Source: Nitrospirota bacterium
GTDB taxonomy: Bacteria; Nitrospirota; UBA9217
Length of the DNA: 64,000 nt
NCBI GenBank assembly: GCA_963741205.1
Contig: CAVUHW010000018.1
Coordinates: forward strand, 32,001-96,000
Direction: 5' to 3'
Part shown: positions 32,416 to 43,506 of the stretch, one piece after another
Position numbering within the stretch: the first letter of the stretch is position 1
Layout of the letters: each line of letters begins with the position of its first letter
Program-made: the position numbers and the translations under genes
The notes under the pieces: model-generated
Seen by the model: only the letters and a program-made list of their open reading frames with translations
What the model was told of the DNA's origin: nothing
Databases searched by the model: none

Positions 32416-34618
32416 CTATATCTCTATCAGTTCGCTTCGAAAGCTCCCTCGCGGGTTCCCCGCGGTCACCAGTTCCCCCTTCTCCGAGATCCGCTTTACC
32501 CGCACCCGGGTTGCATTCCATGCCGGTAGAGGCTTCGTTCCTTCCATTGTCATAGCCAAAAGCTGGAGCGGGTTCACTCCCCTGCCCTTTGCATAGCGTC
32601 CCATGTCCCGGTGTCCCTGTCCCAAGGGCATCGCAACCATGTCAGGACGGATGCCGGGGTAGATCACCGCTGGTACACGGAGCGAACCTTGGGGGGAAGT
32701 TACCTCTACTAAGTCGCCGAAGTTGATACCCAGCTCTGTCCGCGGTCTTGGGGTTGATCTCGACCCAACTATCCCAGACCACCGTGGTCATCGGGTCAGG
32801 GAGCTGCTGGAGCCACGGAAGCGGAGCGCCCCGTCCGTCATAAAATGCTGTGGAGGGGTACACCTGAAGATGGAGCGGAAATTCCTTTTCATCTCCGGCA
32901 AACACGAGGCTTGGCAGGCTCTGGCACGCTCGGGCCTGCCGACCAGCGATAACCCCTGCCCTCCTCAACGTTCGCTTTGAAAAGTCCACCCTTCCTGAGA
33001 AGGTCCACCCATGTTGCTTCGAAATCCCTGACAGCGGCGGGACCCACTCTCTTTTTCATCTCAGCCTTCAACATATCCAGGTAACTCTGAGACGGGAATG
33101 CAGTCTTCATGTCCCCGCCCAGTTCATGGGCCGCGGTCAACAGCACCTCGGGAAACTGGCGCGTGTCGAACACAGGCACGACAACCGGCTGCATCAGCCC
33201 GATCACCTCATTCCGCGTGCCGGCCAGCGGAATCGCATCCCCCCAGCTTTCGAGAGCAGCGTGATCCGGCAGGATCAGATCGGCCATGAGCGCCGTGTCA
33301 TCCATGAGCGAGGAGAAGCTGACGATGAACGGGACTTTGGCCAGTGACTCCTGGAAACCGGTGGCCGGAGGAATGGTATGGACCGGGTCTCCGTATATCA
33401 GGGCCAGCTGAATCTGGCCTTCCTTCATTTTTTTCACAAGGGAAAGGAGTTCGTCGAAAGAATTTGCCGGGCCGTCCGGGGACCCCATGTCCGGATAGAC
33501 ACCGCCGGTCTTGTTCAGGTTCCCTGCCAGAACGTTCAGGAGTTGGATTGCGCGGATTGTTTCCGGTCCGTTGCTCTGGAAGGCCACCGTCTCCCCGGCC
33601 ATGGCCAGGGCCGGACGCGTTGAAGCAAACTCATGCGCCACCTCGGCTATGGTCTTTTGCGACAGGCCGGTCTCTTCCGCCACCCGGGGAAGGGTCGTAG
33701 GCTGAAAGCCGCTGAAGCAGCTTTTCCGCCGGGAGCCCGTTCGCCGCAAGGCTCGCCTTGTCGTAAAGGGACTCGGCCAGAATCAGCCGGGCCATGCCCA
33801 GAGCCAGGATCCCTTCGCTTCCCGGGCGAGCCGGCATCCAGCGATCTGCAGAGGCAGCGGTCAAAGACAGGCGGCCGCCGACGTAGGTGAAATGACCGCG
33901 GACCGTGTCCCTGCCCTGGCGCATCCTGCCGAAGGCATAGCCGTACTGAACAGGCGACAGGTGGCTCTCCACGAAATCGGCGCCGAAGCTCAAGAGGTAA
34001 CGTGTCTCGGCCAGGTCGTAAAAGGGAAGGCTTGGCTGACCGAAGTTTTGGCGAGTTGGCCTGCCGCAGCCAGTCGGGGCCGAGCAGCTCGTAGGAAATA
34101 TGATGCGAAGAACCGAAGGTGCGCATGAAGCGCGTTGTCAACGAAGAGAGTGTGCCCCGAAGCTCCGGCGTCAAGAGGGCCAGACGGTCGGCGGCCTTTT
34201 CCTGCTTGAGGGCCTTGAGCCTGCTCGACGAGCAGGTCCAGCGCCTCTTCCCAGGAGATCTTCGTGAATTGTCCTGAGCCGCGCGGTCCGCTGCGCTTCA
34301 TCGGCTGCGGCACACGGTCGGGATGGTAAAGCTCCTGCAGGCGGCCTGCCCCCGTGCGCAGAGTTTCCCCTGTTGACCGGGTGAGCGGGGTTCCCCTCGA
34401 TCTTTTTTGGCCCGCCCTTCGGACACCCGGACCAGGATTCCGCATCCGGCCGGACAGGAACGGCAGGAACTGGCATAATACTTGGCCCTGCCCGGGGTCA
34501 CACCCTCGTCAGGCGGGATCAGGTAGGGGATCAGTTTCTCGTTTGCCGACTTGCAGCCCGCGAGCAAGCTGCCGGCGGCCGTCAATCCGCTGAGCTGCAA
34601 AAAGGTTCTGCGATCCAT
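32416..34618 (-). CDS. Alternative complex III molybdopterin-oxidoreductase-like subunit (ActB1), multiple frameshifts
   Basis: Tat-lipoprotein signal DRRTFL..LAGC; KLIPYL.PP; IEGNP.HP; ESWGD; PWLQQLPDPMT.VVWDSW. Confidence 0.85.
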
Positions 34619-34637
34619 AGTGTAAAACCTCAATCTT

Positions 34638-34712
34638 TGTCATTCCTGCGGAAGCAGGAATCCACATTTGTATCGAAAGGCAAATGGATTCCGGGTCAAG
34701 CCCGGAATGACA
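34638..34712. repeat. Composite REP-like element
   Basis: tgtcattcctgcggaagcaggaatcca...tggattccgggtcaagcccggaatgaca. Confidence 0.8.
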
Positions 34713-34868
34713 CGATAAGACCTACGCGGTTTTTACTAACGACGTACTTAATACAACGCATTCAGATTCGTTCTGCTTTGCCCTTCCTTGTCCTCTCCCA
34801 GAGAGTTGGTGAGGGGACTTGCCGTGTAACAACGTTCGCATTAGATTTCCTTAACTCGAATCGACAGA

Positions 34869-35383
34869 TCATTTATGACACGTCCAGCAATCGATACTGG
34901 CCTTATGCTGCTTATGACAGTTCAGGCACCAGCCCATCTTGATCTTGACTGACCGGGTGATCCGCTGCATAGCGGCCACTTCGCCGTGGCAGGTCGTACA
35001 GACGAGTCCGGCGCGGATATGCATCATGTGCGGGAAATAGACGTGGTCCGGAACTCCGTAGACCCTGACCCAGGGGATCGGCTCTTTCTTCTCCCAGTAC
35101 GTCATCAGCTTCTTGATTTCCGGAGCGTTCTGCGCAATGAACAGTGGCAGGCCCGGCAGTCCGCAACTGCCGGGATGCCGGCAACGGTCGACTTCGGAGC
35201 GTAGCGGTGACAAAAGAGGCAAGGGATGCCGTTGTCGCCGGCATGTATCTTATGGCTGAAGGCGATCGGTTGGATGGGAGAGCGGTCCCGAAGATCCAGC
35301 GGCAGAATGTACATAAACACCAGGACGGCGATAAGAACAGCCGCCGCGACGATCAGCCCGCCGATGAGCCACGATAGTTTCAC
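34869..35383 (-). CDS. actA: Alternative complex III pentaheme cytochrome c (ActA), frameshift ~35140
   Basis: N-terminal TM, QPIAFSHKIHAG, five CxxCH, PDHVYFPH, MGWCLNCH. Confidence 0.88.
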
Positions 35384-35417
35384 CTGATGATGCCTTTCTC
35401 CTACAACGGCCCTTTTC

Positions 35418-35511
35418 TGTCATTCCCGAATGACTCTATCGGGAATCCATTTTTTATAGAGATAACAAAAATCACGACACTGGATTCCGGCTGGAACCAT
35501 GCCGGAATGAC
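35418..35511. repeat. Composite REP-like element
   Basis: tgtcattcccga..tcgggaatcca...tggattccggc..gccggaatgac. Confidence 0.75.
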
Positions 35512-35713
35512 GAACTAAGGTGTGCATTGGGAAATAAATTCAACGAAGTATGATCCAAAACTACTCAAAGTTTATCTTAATTGTGCTGATAGTCAAGTCG
35601 GATGACATGGACGGCGCTTCGACTCCCTGTTTCCCGTCATTTGACAAACCCTGACGCCGCTGTTATAGTTCATTACAATCGACCTGACGCCTGCCGGAGA
35701 TCGCACAACAACC

Positions 35714-36126
35714 ATGACGAACCGACGCCAATTTTTACAAAAAGCACTTGCAGTCCTGGGTCTGACGACCCTCGCTTCCTTCCTTTATCCCCTTTTCAAA
35801 TATTTCTCGCCGCCGGCCGGGGAAGCCGGGGCAAGACGGCTTGTCCTCGGCAAAACAGAAATTCCCGTCGGTGAGGCGAAAGAGATTGTTTTTAACAACA
35901 CTCCTGCCATCGTCATCAACAGGCCGGACAAGGGGTATGTTGTACTTTCCCGCGTCTGCACTCATCTCGGGTGCCTTGTGGATTATCAAAAAGATATGAA
36001 GAGGTTTCTTTGTCCCTGCCATGGAGGGACGTATGACCTTTCGGGAAGCGTCATTTCAGGACCTCCCCGAAGCCTTTGCAGCAGTTTCCGCTCAAGGTCG
36101 AGGGAGACTCCATTATTATAGGATGA
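35714..36126 (+). CDS. Rieske iron-sulfur protein, terminal frameshift
   Basis: NRRQFL Tat anchor, CTHLGC, CPCHGG, GPP. Confidence 0.93.
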
Positions 36127-36131
36127 TAAAA

Positions 36132-36223
36132 ACCCATCCCCACCGTTTGTCCTCCCGCTTCGAAGTTGGAGGAAACTTCTATCCTTCTCCCCCTTCAACG
36201 GGGAGACTCGAGAGGGGGATGGG
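36132..36223. repeat. Pair of REP-like palindromes
   Basis: Related to 12848-12947 (tctcccccttcaacggggaga..gagggggatggg). Confidence 0.55.
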
Positions 36224-36241
36224 TGAACCAGGGAAAGCGCC

Positions 36242-37333
36242 ATGTGGAAAACCATAAAAAACTGGATCGAGGTCAGGATCGGCCTCGATGAGCTCGTAAG
36301 GACCCATCTCACCGGATATCTGGTCCCGAGGAGCATCAACCTTTTTTATACCCTCGGGTTCGTCGCGCTCGCCGGGTTCATCGTCCAGATCCTCACCGGT
36401 TTTCTCCTGCTCATCTACTACGTCCCGCTTCCGGACCATGCCTTCAGGAGCGTCCAGAACATCATGGTGAACGTGCCCTACGGCTGGCTTTTCAGGCTGA
36501 TGCACGTGGTGGGAAGTAACCTCATCGTGGTCGCGGTCGGGTGCCACATGCTCTCGGTCTTTTTCATGAACAGCTACAAGAAGCCGCGGGAACTGACCTG
36601 GTTCGCGGGCGCCTGCATGCTGCTTATCACGCTTACCTTCTGCCTGAGCGGCTACCTCCTGCCCTGGAGCCAGCTCTCCTATTGGGCCACGACGATCGTG
36701 ACGAACATCCCCTCCGCGCTTCCGTACGTCGGCGCATTCGCCGTGACATGCCTGCAGGGGGGCCAGAGCCTGTCCGGGATCACACTCGGAAGGTTCTTCG
36801 CCCTCCACGTGGTCGTCCTGCCGGCCCTTCTTTTGACTCTCGTAAGCATCCACCTCTTTCTCGTGAGACGAATCGGCATCTCGTCGCCCCCCTTCGATAG
36901 GGCGGGAGTTAAAGAGCCGTGGACCGGTTTCAGACATGAGGACCATCCGGACGGCTATCCCTTCTTTCCGCACTTCGTGCTGAAGGAAACATACATGGTT
37001 ATGGCCCTCTTCGCGCTCATGTTTCTCATCATCACCTTCGCCCCGGCCCTGTTTTTACCTGAGGACGCGAACATCCCGGCGGACCCGCTGAAGACCCCGA
37101 TGCACATCAAGCCTGAATGGTATTTTCTCGCCCCCTATCAGATGCTGAAACTGGTTCCGAACAAGTTCGTGGGCGTCAGCCTGCAGATCATCATGGTCAC
37201 GCTGTTTATCCTGTGGCCTTTTCTTGACGTAAAAAAAGAGGACAATATCCTGAAGCGACGAGGCCTGTTCGCCTTTTTCATCGTCGCGCTCATCGGGTGG
37301 GTCGTACTTACGATATGGGGAAAATATTCGTAA
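36242..37333 (+). CDS. Cytochrome b of a Rieske/cytochrome b complex (unsplit)
   Basis: Four heme-ligand His, GYLLPWSQLSYWA, KPEWYF. Confidence 0.95.
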   Translation: MWKTIKNWIEVRIGLDELVRTHLTGYLVPRSINLFYTLGFVALAGFIVQILTGFLLLIYYVPLPDHAFRSVQNIMVNVPYGWLFRLMHVVGSNLIVVAVGCHMLSVFFMNSYKKPRELTWFAGACMLLITLTFCLSGYLLPWSQLSYWATTIVTNIPSALPYVGAFAVTCLQGGQSLSGITLGRFFALHVVVLPALLLTLVSIHLFLVRRIGISSPPFDRAGVKEPWTGFRHEDHPDGYPFFPHFVLKETYMVMALFALMFLIITFAPALFLPEDANIPADPLKTPMHIKPEWYFLAPYQMLKLVPNKFVGVSLQIIMVTLFILWPFLDVKKEDNILKRRGLFAFFIVALIGWVVLTIWGKYS

Positions 37334-37419
37334 ACATGGACCAAGCCATCCGCCTGCACCCAGCGTTTTCGAGTGCCGATGCGCGAGAGCAGGGCGTGAT
37401 GGCGTGAATTAAATTTGGT

Positions 37420-37504
37420 TGTCATACCCGCGAAAGCGGGTATCCATTGGCTTCTATCAAATAAACTTCAAAATGGATTCCCGATAAAAGCATTCGGGAA
37501 TGAC
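37420..37504. repeat. Composite REP-like element
   Basis: tgtcatacccgcgaaagcgggtatcca...tggattcccga..tcgggaatgac. Confidence 0.8.
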
Positions 37505-37551
37505 GGTTTATTTTTATTTTAGCAGTATAAATATTTACGCGGATACATCAA

Positions 37552-38365
37552 ATGCCACGCAGAAAAAAAATAATATTCCTGTCTGCTGCTATCTTTGCCC
37601 TCGTTCTCGCAGCCGCGGCCCAAGGTGCGGAAAACCGGGAGCCGATCTGCATCCAATGCCATGACTCCGATATGATGAAGCCGGCATTCCGGAAGATTCC
37701 GGCGGAGTGGAGGCAGAGCTGGCACTATCAGAACGGCGTCGCCTGCAACGACTGCCACGGCGGCGACCCCGTGGACGCGGCCATGGCCATGTCGCCGCAG
37801 CGGGGGTTCGTCGGCGCCCCGAAATATAAAGATGTGCCCGAATTCTGCGGCAAATGCCATATCGGCATCCTGAAGAACTACACGGAGAGCGGCCACGGGA
37901 AGGCGCTCAAGGCCTCGGGCAGGGGCCCGAACTGCGTCACCTGCCACGGCTCCCACGGCATCCAAAAGGCGAACATCGACATCATCAACGAAGTGCGGTG
38001 CTCGCAGTGCCACACCTACGAGAGGGCCAGAATCATGAAGCAGGCCCTTTCCGCGACGGAGCAGAAGATAGGGGACATCAGGAACGCACTGAAGAAGCTG
38101 TCATCACAGGGGATCTATACCGGGGGAGGAAGACAAGGAGCTGTTCCGCACCGAAGCGGAATTCCGCACGCTTTTTCATACGGTCGACGTTTCCCTCGTG
38201 AAGCAGAAGACAGATAGTTTTCACGAGCGGCTGGATGCGATCCAGAAAAAGGCGGATGCCCTCTTTGCCGATCTCCGCTCCAGAAGGAACTTCTCCGGCT
38301 TCCTTTTGTTCCTCTTTCTCGGCACGGGAGTGATTGTTTATTTGCTCGCAAAGTCCTACCGGTGA
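37552..38365 (+). CDS. Pentaheme cytochrome c with C-terminal helical region and TM anchor, frameshift ~38125
   Basis: Signal peptide; CIQCH, CNDCH, CGKCH, CVTCH, CSQCH. Confidence 0.88.
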
Positions 38366-39045
38366 GAACACACTTCGAAGGCGGAGAAGCGAAGACGTTT
38401 TCTCCTGCCGGCCTTTCTCATCGTAAGCCGCGGTCCCCCGAAGAGATGCAGATTACAACCTTCACAAGGTCTTGTCGCGATCGTCAACCAGTCGAATGTT
38501 TTCGCGTATGTCTAACTTCCTTGCTTCCCCTGATGCAGCGAATAAATCCTAAGTTCTCCCCACAAAATCCCAACCAAGCGTCAAATTCAACCCAATTCCC
38601 CAGTGATAAAAATTCGCATGCCCTTTCACAGTCGAGGTAAGTGTCAAAGCAGCGTTCTCGTTTGGCGAGTTCATAACACATCACACTGGATGAGAGTACG
38701 CAGACTTGTCGGCTGGCCGATTTATGTCGAATATGCCTCTTCTTATTTTGCATTGGCGTATCACTTTATCTCGACAAATCAGTATTCGTTTTAAAATAGG
38801 TAATTATACTCATTTACTTTCTGCGCTGATTTTATAAAATTGTTTCAGATAAGTTCATGGGAGTGCATGAGAGCAAAAAATGGTATGCATTTTTCTGCAC
38901 TCTATCGTAAGCGATTTATCATCACGCTTAATTTTACTTCCTGAATGTGCTTTATCGTTATTTAATGATTTTCCGCGAGTCGCGGCCGGTTGAAATTTCA
39001 GACGCATATAGCGGCATCCGCGCAGCTTACAGGCCTGCACGGCAG

Positions 39046-39091
39046 GTTCAAATTGAATGAGTCCGTTCAAATTAAACGGGCGAATATGAAC
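39046..39091. promoter_or_regulatory. Putative enhancer (three GTTCA-N3-TGAAC-like sites)
   Basis: gttcaaattgaat; gttcaaattaaac-g-ggcgaatatgaac. Confidence 0.65.
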
Positions 39092-39175
39092 CTGCCACGA
39101 ATAATTCAACGGCGCAGTTTCTTATAATCATAGGCTTTGCAAGTAATTATTCACACGCGACTAGTCAACTGCTTC

Positions 39176-39191
39176 TGGCACACACTTTGCT
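39176..39191 (+). promoter_or_regulatory. sigma54 promoter
   Basis: TGGCACACACTTTGCT. Confidence 0.85.
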
Positions 39192-39389
39192 TGCGTTACA
39201 CAAGTAGTATTTATGAAAGGAGGGAGAGAAAAAATTAGATTTTTCTGTGTACCCCATTGGAGATTCATCACGGCGACATCAGCGCTGCGTGTCGGATGGT
39301 CGTCATATGGGGACTCAGCAGCAGGTCTCACACGATGATTAACCTCTAACAGGGTTCAATTCAGCAGCGCCAAATTATAGGAGGGTATT

Positions 39390-42052
39390 ATGAAGAAAGG
39401 ATTTTACAGGAAGTCGAGTGCGACCGTGCGGTTCACGGCATGGGTCGTAATCTACGCGTTTCTCATGCTGCCGAGCGGCGTGGCATTTGCAAACCCACCC
39501 GCGCTCAGCACGGTGAAGATTCCCTCACCGCCGAATCTGGATGATTTCGTGAAGGACAAGAAGGCGGCCATCATGCTGGGCAAGGCCCTGTTCTGGGACA
39601 GCAGGTGGGCGGCGACGGCGGTCAGGCCTGTGCCAGTTGCCACTACATGGCGGGCGCTGACCCCTATGATGTAAGAAACAAGAACCAGGTCAATCCCGGT
39701 CCGAACGGGGCCTTCGACGTGGTGACCGGTCCCAACCAGACCCTGGCAGATCGGCCTTCCCGTTCTGTGCAGGTGTCGGACCCCGCCGGCGCGAAACTGG
39801 AGAACGGCCTCGGGGTTCTGTGCACCGGCACACCCTGCACCGGCACGACGTATAAGGACGACGTCGTCGGCTCCCAGGGTGTCAGCTTCGACCATCTTCA
39901 CCAGTTTATCCGGCACCGCACGGGACACCGGGAACGCCGTTGATGACCCGACGTTCCACTTCTCGCGGCAGGGTGACCGGACGCAACACCCCGCCCGCGG
40001 TCAACGCGGTGTTCAACTACGCCAACTTCTGGGACGGCCGGGCCAACAATATCTTTAACGGCTGCAAGCCCCATCGGTCCCCTCGATGGAAGCGCGGGAA
40101 TCTGGGTCAATCTGGCAGGGCCTACGGAAACGCCGAATCTTCAGTTCCAGAAGGTCGCCATACCCAACGCGAGCACTCGCTTCCCAGGCAGTCGGTCCCC
40201 CGAACAATGGCACTGAGATGTCGTGGGACGGCCGCAACTTCCCGCAGCTCGGCCGCAAACTGCTCGACCCTCACCCCGCTCGGGCAGCAGCATCGTGGAT
40301 CCCAATGACAGCGTGCTGGGGGGACTCTCTCCAACGCAGACACACGGGACTCAACACCACGACCTACGCCCAGATGATCCAGAACGCTTTCTATGAAAAA
40401 TACTGGGATTCGTTCGGCCAGACCATCGTCATCAACGGCACGGCCTACAACCAGATGGAGGCGAATTTCTCCCTGTTCTGGGGCCTTTCGGTCATGCTCT
40501 ACGAGTCGACCCTGGTCTCTGACCAGACGCCCTTTGATCTGGGCACCATGACCGCCATACAGCAGCAAGACGGGCTTCTCGGTATTTAACGGGAAAGGCA
40601 AGTGCACCAAATGCCACAGCGGCTCCGAGCTCAGCGACGCTACGGTCTCCGACGCCCTTGCGAACGGCCTGATCGAGAAGGGCGCAGACCAGGACCAGCG
40701 AGGCCATCAGCGACAACGGCTTCCACAATCTCGGCGTAAGCCCCACGGCGGCTGACATCGGCCGGGGCGGCGTCGGCGGCTCTCCGTTCATACAGAACAG
40801 TTTCTCGATTTCGTCCTTTGCGCAACAGGCGATCGCCCAGGCCAACGGCGGGCTTCTGTTTACCGCGCCGCAGGCGATCTTCGGCGGGATCACAGCCAAC
40901 ACGCCGGTCGCGGTGAACGGCTCCTACAAGACCCCGCAGCTCCGAAACGTGGCCTTGACCGCACCCTATATGCACAACGGCAGCATGCTCACCCTCGCCG
41001 AGGTGGTGGAGTTCTACGCCCGCGGCGGGAATTTCGCCAATGCTGAACAGGCCAAGGACATGAGCGGGCCTTTCGGCGGAGGCGCCCTGGCTCCGGCCGA
41101 TCGTAACCGCTATCGTGGACTTCCTCCAGAACGCCCTGACCGACCCGCGGGTAGCTGCGGAGACGGCCCCCTTCGACCATCCGACGCTGACGATCCCCGA
41201 CGGCAACGGTTGCGGATACCAGAATCACTCTGCCGGCCACGGGCGGCAGCCTGGCGGGCTACACCTTCGATCTCGACAATTACCTAGCAACACGCCTTTG
41301 CGACACTTGTGTCGAGACCACGACCCTGGCCGGCCTGCCGAAGGCTGAGATCACCGGCGCCCCGGCCGGCGTGACCAATCAGACCGGCGCGACCATAACC
41401 GTCGGAGGAGCGGACGTCGTGGCCTTCATGTACAAGCTCGACAACGGTGTGTACAGCGCGGAAACTCCGACAACCTCGCCGATTGCCTTGACTGGCCTGG
41501 CCAACGGCGCCCACACCGTATCAGTTGTCGGCAAGAATGCGGCCGGGAGCTGGCAGCTTGACGCATTCGCGACTACCGCGAGCTGGACCGTTAACACCAC
41601 CCCGCCGCCGGTTAGTATCAATCCCGTCGCTTCGAACACCAGGAACACAACCCAGACCATCGCCGGCACGATGGAAGCAGGGGCTACGGTAACGGTGAGA
41701 GTGAATACCGGGGCCACGGTCGGACCCGTCACGGTCAGCGGCAACTACCTGGACCTGCCAGGTGAGCGGATTGGCAAACGGCGACAACACCATTACGGTC
41801 ACCGCCACCAACGCCAGCGGCAACACGAACAGCTCGACGGCCACTATAAAAGTAGTCATCGCGGACGGGTGCTTCAGGGGTACAGGAAGCCCGGACATCA
41901 CCGACGCCCTGAAGGCCTTGAAAATGGCGGTCGGGATCATAGCGCCGACAAACGACGATCTGCTGCACGGGGATGTCACGTCAGACGGCAGGATCGACAC
42001 CGGCGACGCATTGCTGATCCTGAGGAAATCGGTCGGCATGGCGGCGTTCTAG
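39390..42052 (+). CDS. Secreted diheme bCcP/MauG-superfamily protein with Ig-like domains and C-terminal dockerin, many frameshifts
   Basis: Signal peptide; [52 protein letters not shown]; terminal [19 protein letters not shown]. Confidence 0.85.
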
Positions 42053-42134
42053 CGAGTTGTGAGACCGGCTTGTCAGTGCAAGCTTGCAGGCCTGCAAGCC
42101 GGACATTTAACGGGTTATTAACGAGGAGGAAGCC

Positions 42135-43325
42135 ATGAAATTAAGGAACTTACTAGTGTTGGTCTTAAGTCTGGCGGTGCTTGCGCTGGCGGGCTGCGGC
42201 AGTTCGAGCAGCAATAACACGCCGGTGTCGACTCAACCAGGAACCCAACCCGCCTTATCGACGGTCATAAACGGCCTGGCCTCAAAGGGGCCGATCAATA
42301 CGGGGACGGTGAAGGTCTTTGCCGTACGGAACGGCGTCACGGACACGTCCGTGCCGATAGCCACGGGAACAACGGACGCCAACGGAAACTTCACCGTTGA
42401 CGCCGGCGGCTTCAATGGTCCGGTCGTCGTGGAAGTGACTGACGGCTCGTTCACGGACGAGGTGACCGGCGCGAAGGTGACCCTGAAGACGCCGCTGCGG
42501 ACAATGGTAGCCGACGTCTCAACCGGGACGTCAACGGTGGCGGTTACCCCGCTGACCGAACTGGCCGCGAAAAGAACGGAAACTCACGCGGCAATAACGC
42601 CCGACGTGATTAACGAAAGCAACAAAAACGTCGGCGCCACCTTCCAGCTCGCCGACATCGTAACGACCCTGCCGATCGCGACCGGCACCGCGGAGCAGAA
42701 AAAGCACGCCTCAGCCTGCGGCGCCATTTCGCAGCTCGTGAACAGCAGCAGGCATGCGGGAGAGTCTACGGACGATGCCCTGTCAAGGGTCATGGGCGAA
42801 ATGGAAACCGAGATAGAAAATAGCGGCGGTTTATCGGATGACTCCATCAGCAAAATAAACACCGCGGTAACGGAGTTCAACAGCAGCGGTAAAGGCAGCG
42901 GCGCTCCGGTGGCAGCTCCGACCGACGGCGTGCTCAAAATCAGCACATCGGGTGCGAGCTTCATGGGCGCCCTCGACATGACGCTCAATTTACCGGCCGG
43001 AGTGACGGTGACTGTTGCCGACCCGGCCACGGGTGAAGCGGCAGCAGGGACTGTCACGAATTCAGGCGCAGCCGGCACCGGTACGCAGGTGGCGGCCAAG
43101 GTCATCCCGACAACCGGCGGTACTCCGGGTCAAGTGGTAATAGGCATGATTAACCCGGCCGGGTTCGGCGGCGGCGAGTGCCTCACGATCGACTTCAAAA
43201 TTGCCACGGGGGTGAACTTGCCGGCCGCGGCCGACTTCACCATCACCGGCGTCTCAGCCAAGGATCTCGGCGCCAAGCTGATCAATGGTGTGACTGCCGC
43301 GCCGAAATCAGTGGCAGCAATGTAA
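42135..43325 (+). CDS. Lipoprotein with putative C-terminal cohesin-like domain
   Basis: Intact 396 aa ORF; LAG-C lipobox; GLASKGPI..VTPLTELA domain; beta-rich C-terminal ~130 aa. Confidence 0.8.
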   Translation: MKLRNLLVLVLSLAVLALAGCGSSSSNNTPVSTQPGTQPALSTVINGLASKGPINTGTVKVFAVRNGVTDTSVPIATGTTDANGNFTVDAGGFNGPVVVEVTDGSFTDEVTGAKVTLKTPLRTMVADVSTGTSTVAVTPLTELAAKRTETHAAITPDVINESNKNVGATFQLADIVTTLPIATGTAEQKKHASACGAISQLVNSSRHAGESTDDALSRVMGEMETEIENSGGLSDDSISKINTAVTEFNSSGKGSGAPVAAPTDGVLKISTSGASFMGALDMTLNLPAGVTVTVADPATGEAAAGTVTNSGAAGTGTQVAAKVIPTTGGTPGQVVIGMINPAGFGGGECLTIDFKIATGVNLPAAADFTITGVSAKDLGAKLINGVTAAPKSVAAM

Positions 43326-43346
43326 TGATGTAAGAACCACTGTTAA

Positions 43347-43371
43347 GGGGCGGCCATCCACGGCCGCCCCC
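43347..43371 (+). terminator. Terminator hairpin
   Basis: ggggcggcc...ggccgcccc. Confidence 0.55.
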
Positions 43372-43387
43372 TCCCTTATTCTTAGGT

Positions 43388-43432
43388 AACCACTCTGAAC
43401 CGCAGGTTCAGAATAAACCGTTCAAAATGAGC
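43388..43432. promoter_or_regulatory. Putative enhancer (GTTCA-N3-TGAAC-like sites)
   Basis: aaccactctgaac; gttcagaataaac-c-gttcaaaatgagc. Confidence 0.65.
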
Positions 43433-43506
43433 TTGTCGATAATATTCTCTTCTTATCCTTTTATTAACTTCTCTTAAACAAAAGGATTATTCACCTTATG
43501 ACCTAA

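Noticed and set aside
32416-34618. Stand-alone catalytic molybdoenzyme (nitrate or polysulfide reductase), or a plain Qrc complex
   Set aside because: The context with pentaheme ActA, DUF3341 ActD and monoheme ActE indicates ACIII; Mo binding cannot be shown from the sequence.
38362-39109. Short ORFs in the AT-richer gap before the peroxidase gene
   Set aside because: No recognisable motifs or RBS; the region contains regulatory sites and is treated as intergenic.
39240-39335. yybP-ykoY (Mn) or c-di-GMP riboswitch in the peroxidase leader
   Set aside because: Consensus elements were not matched by eye; kept only as an unassigned structured leader.
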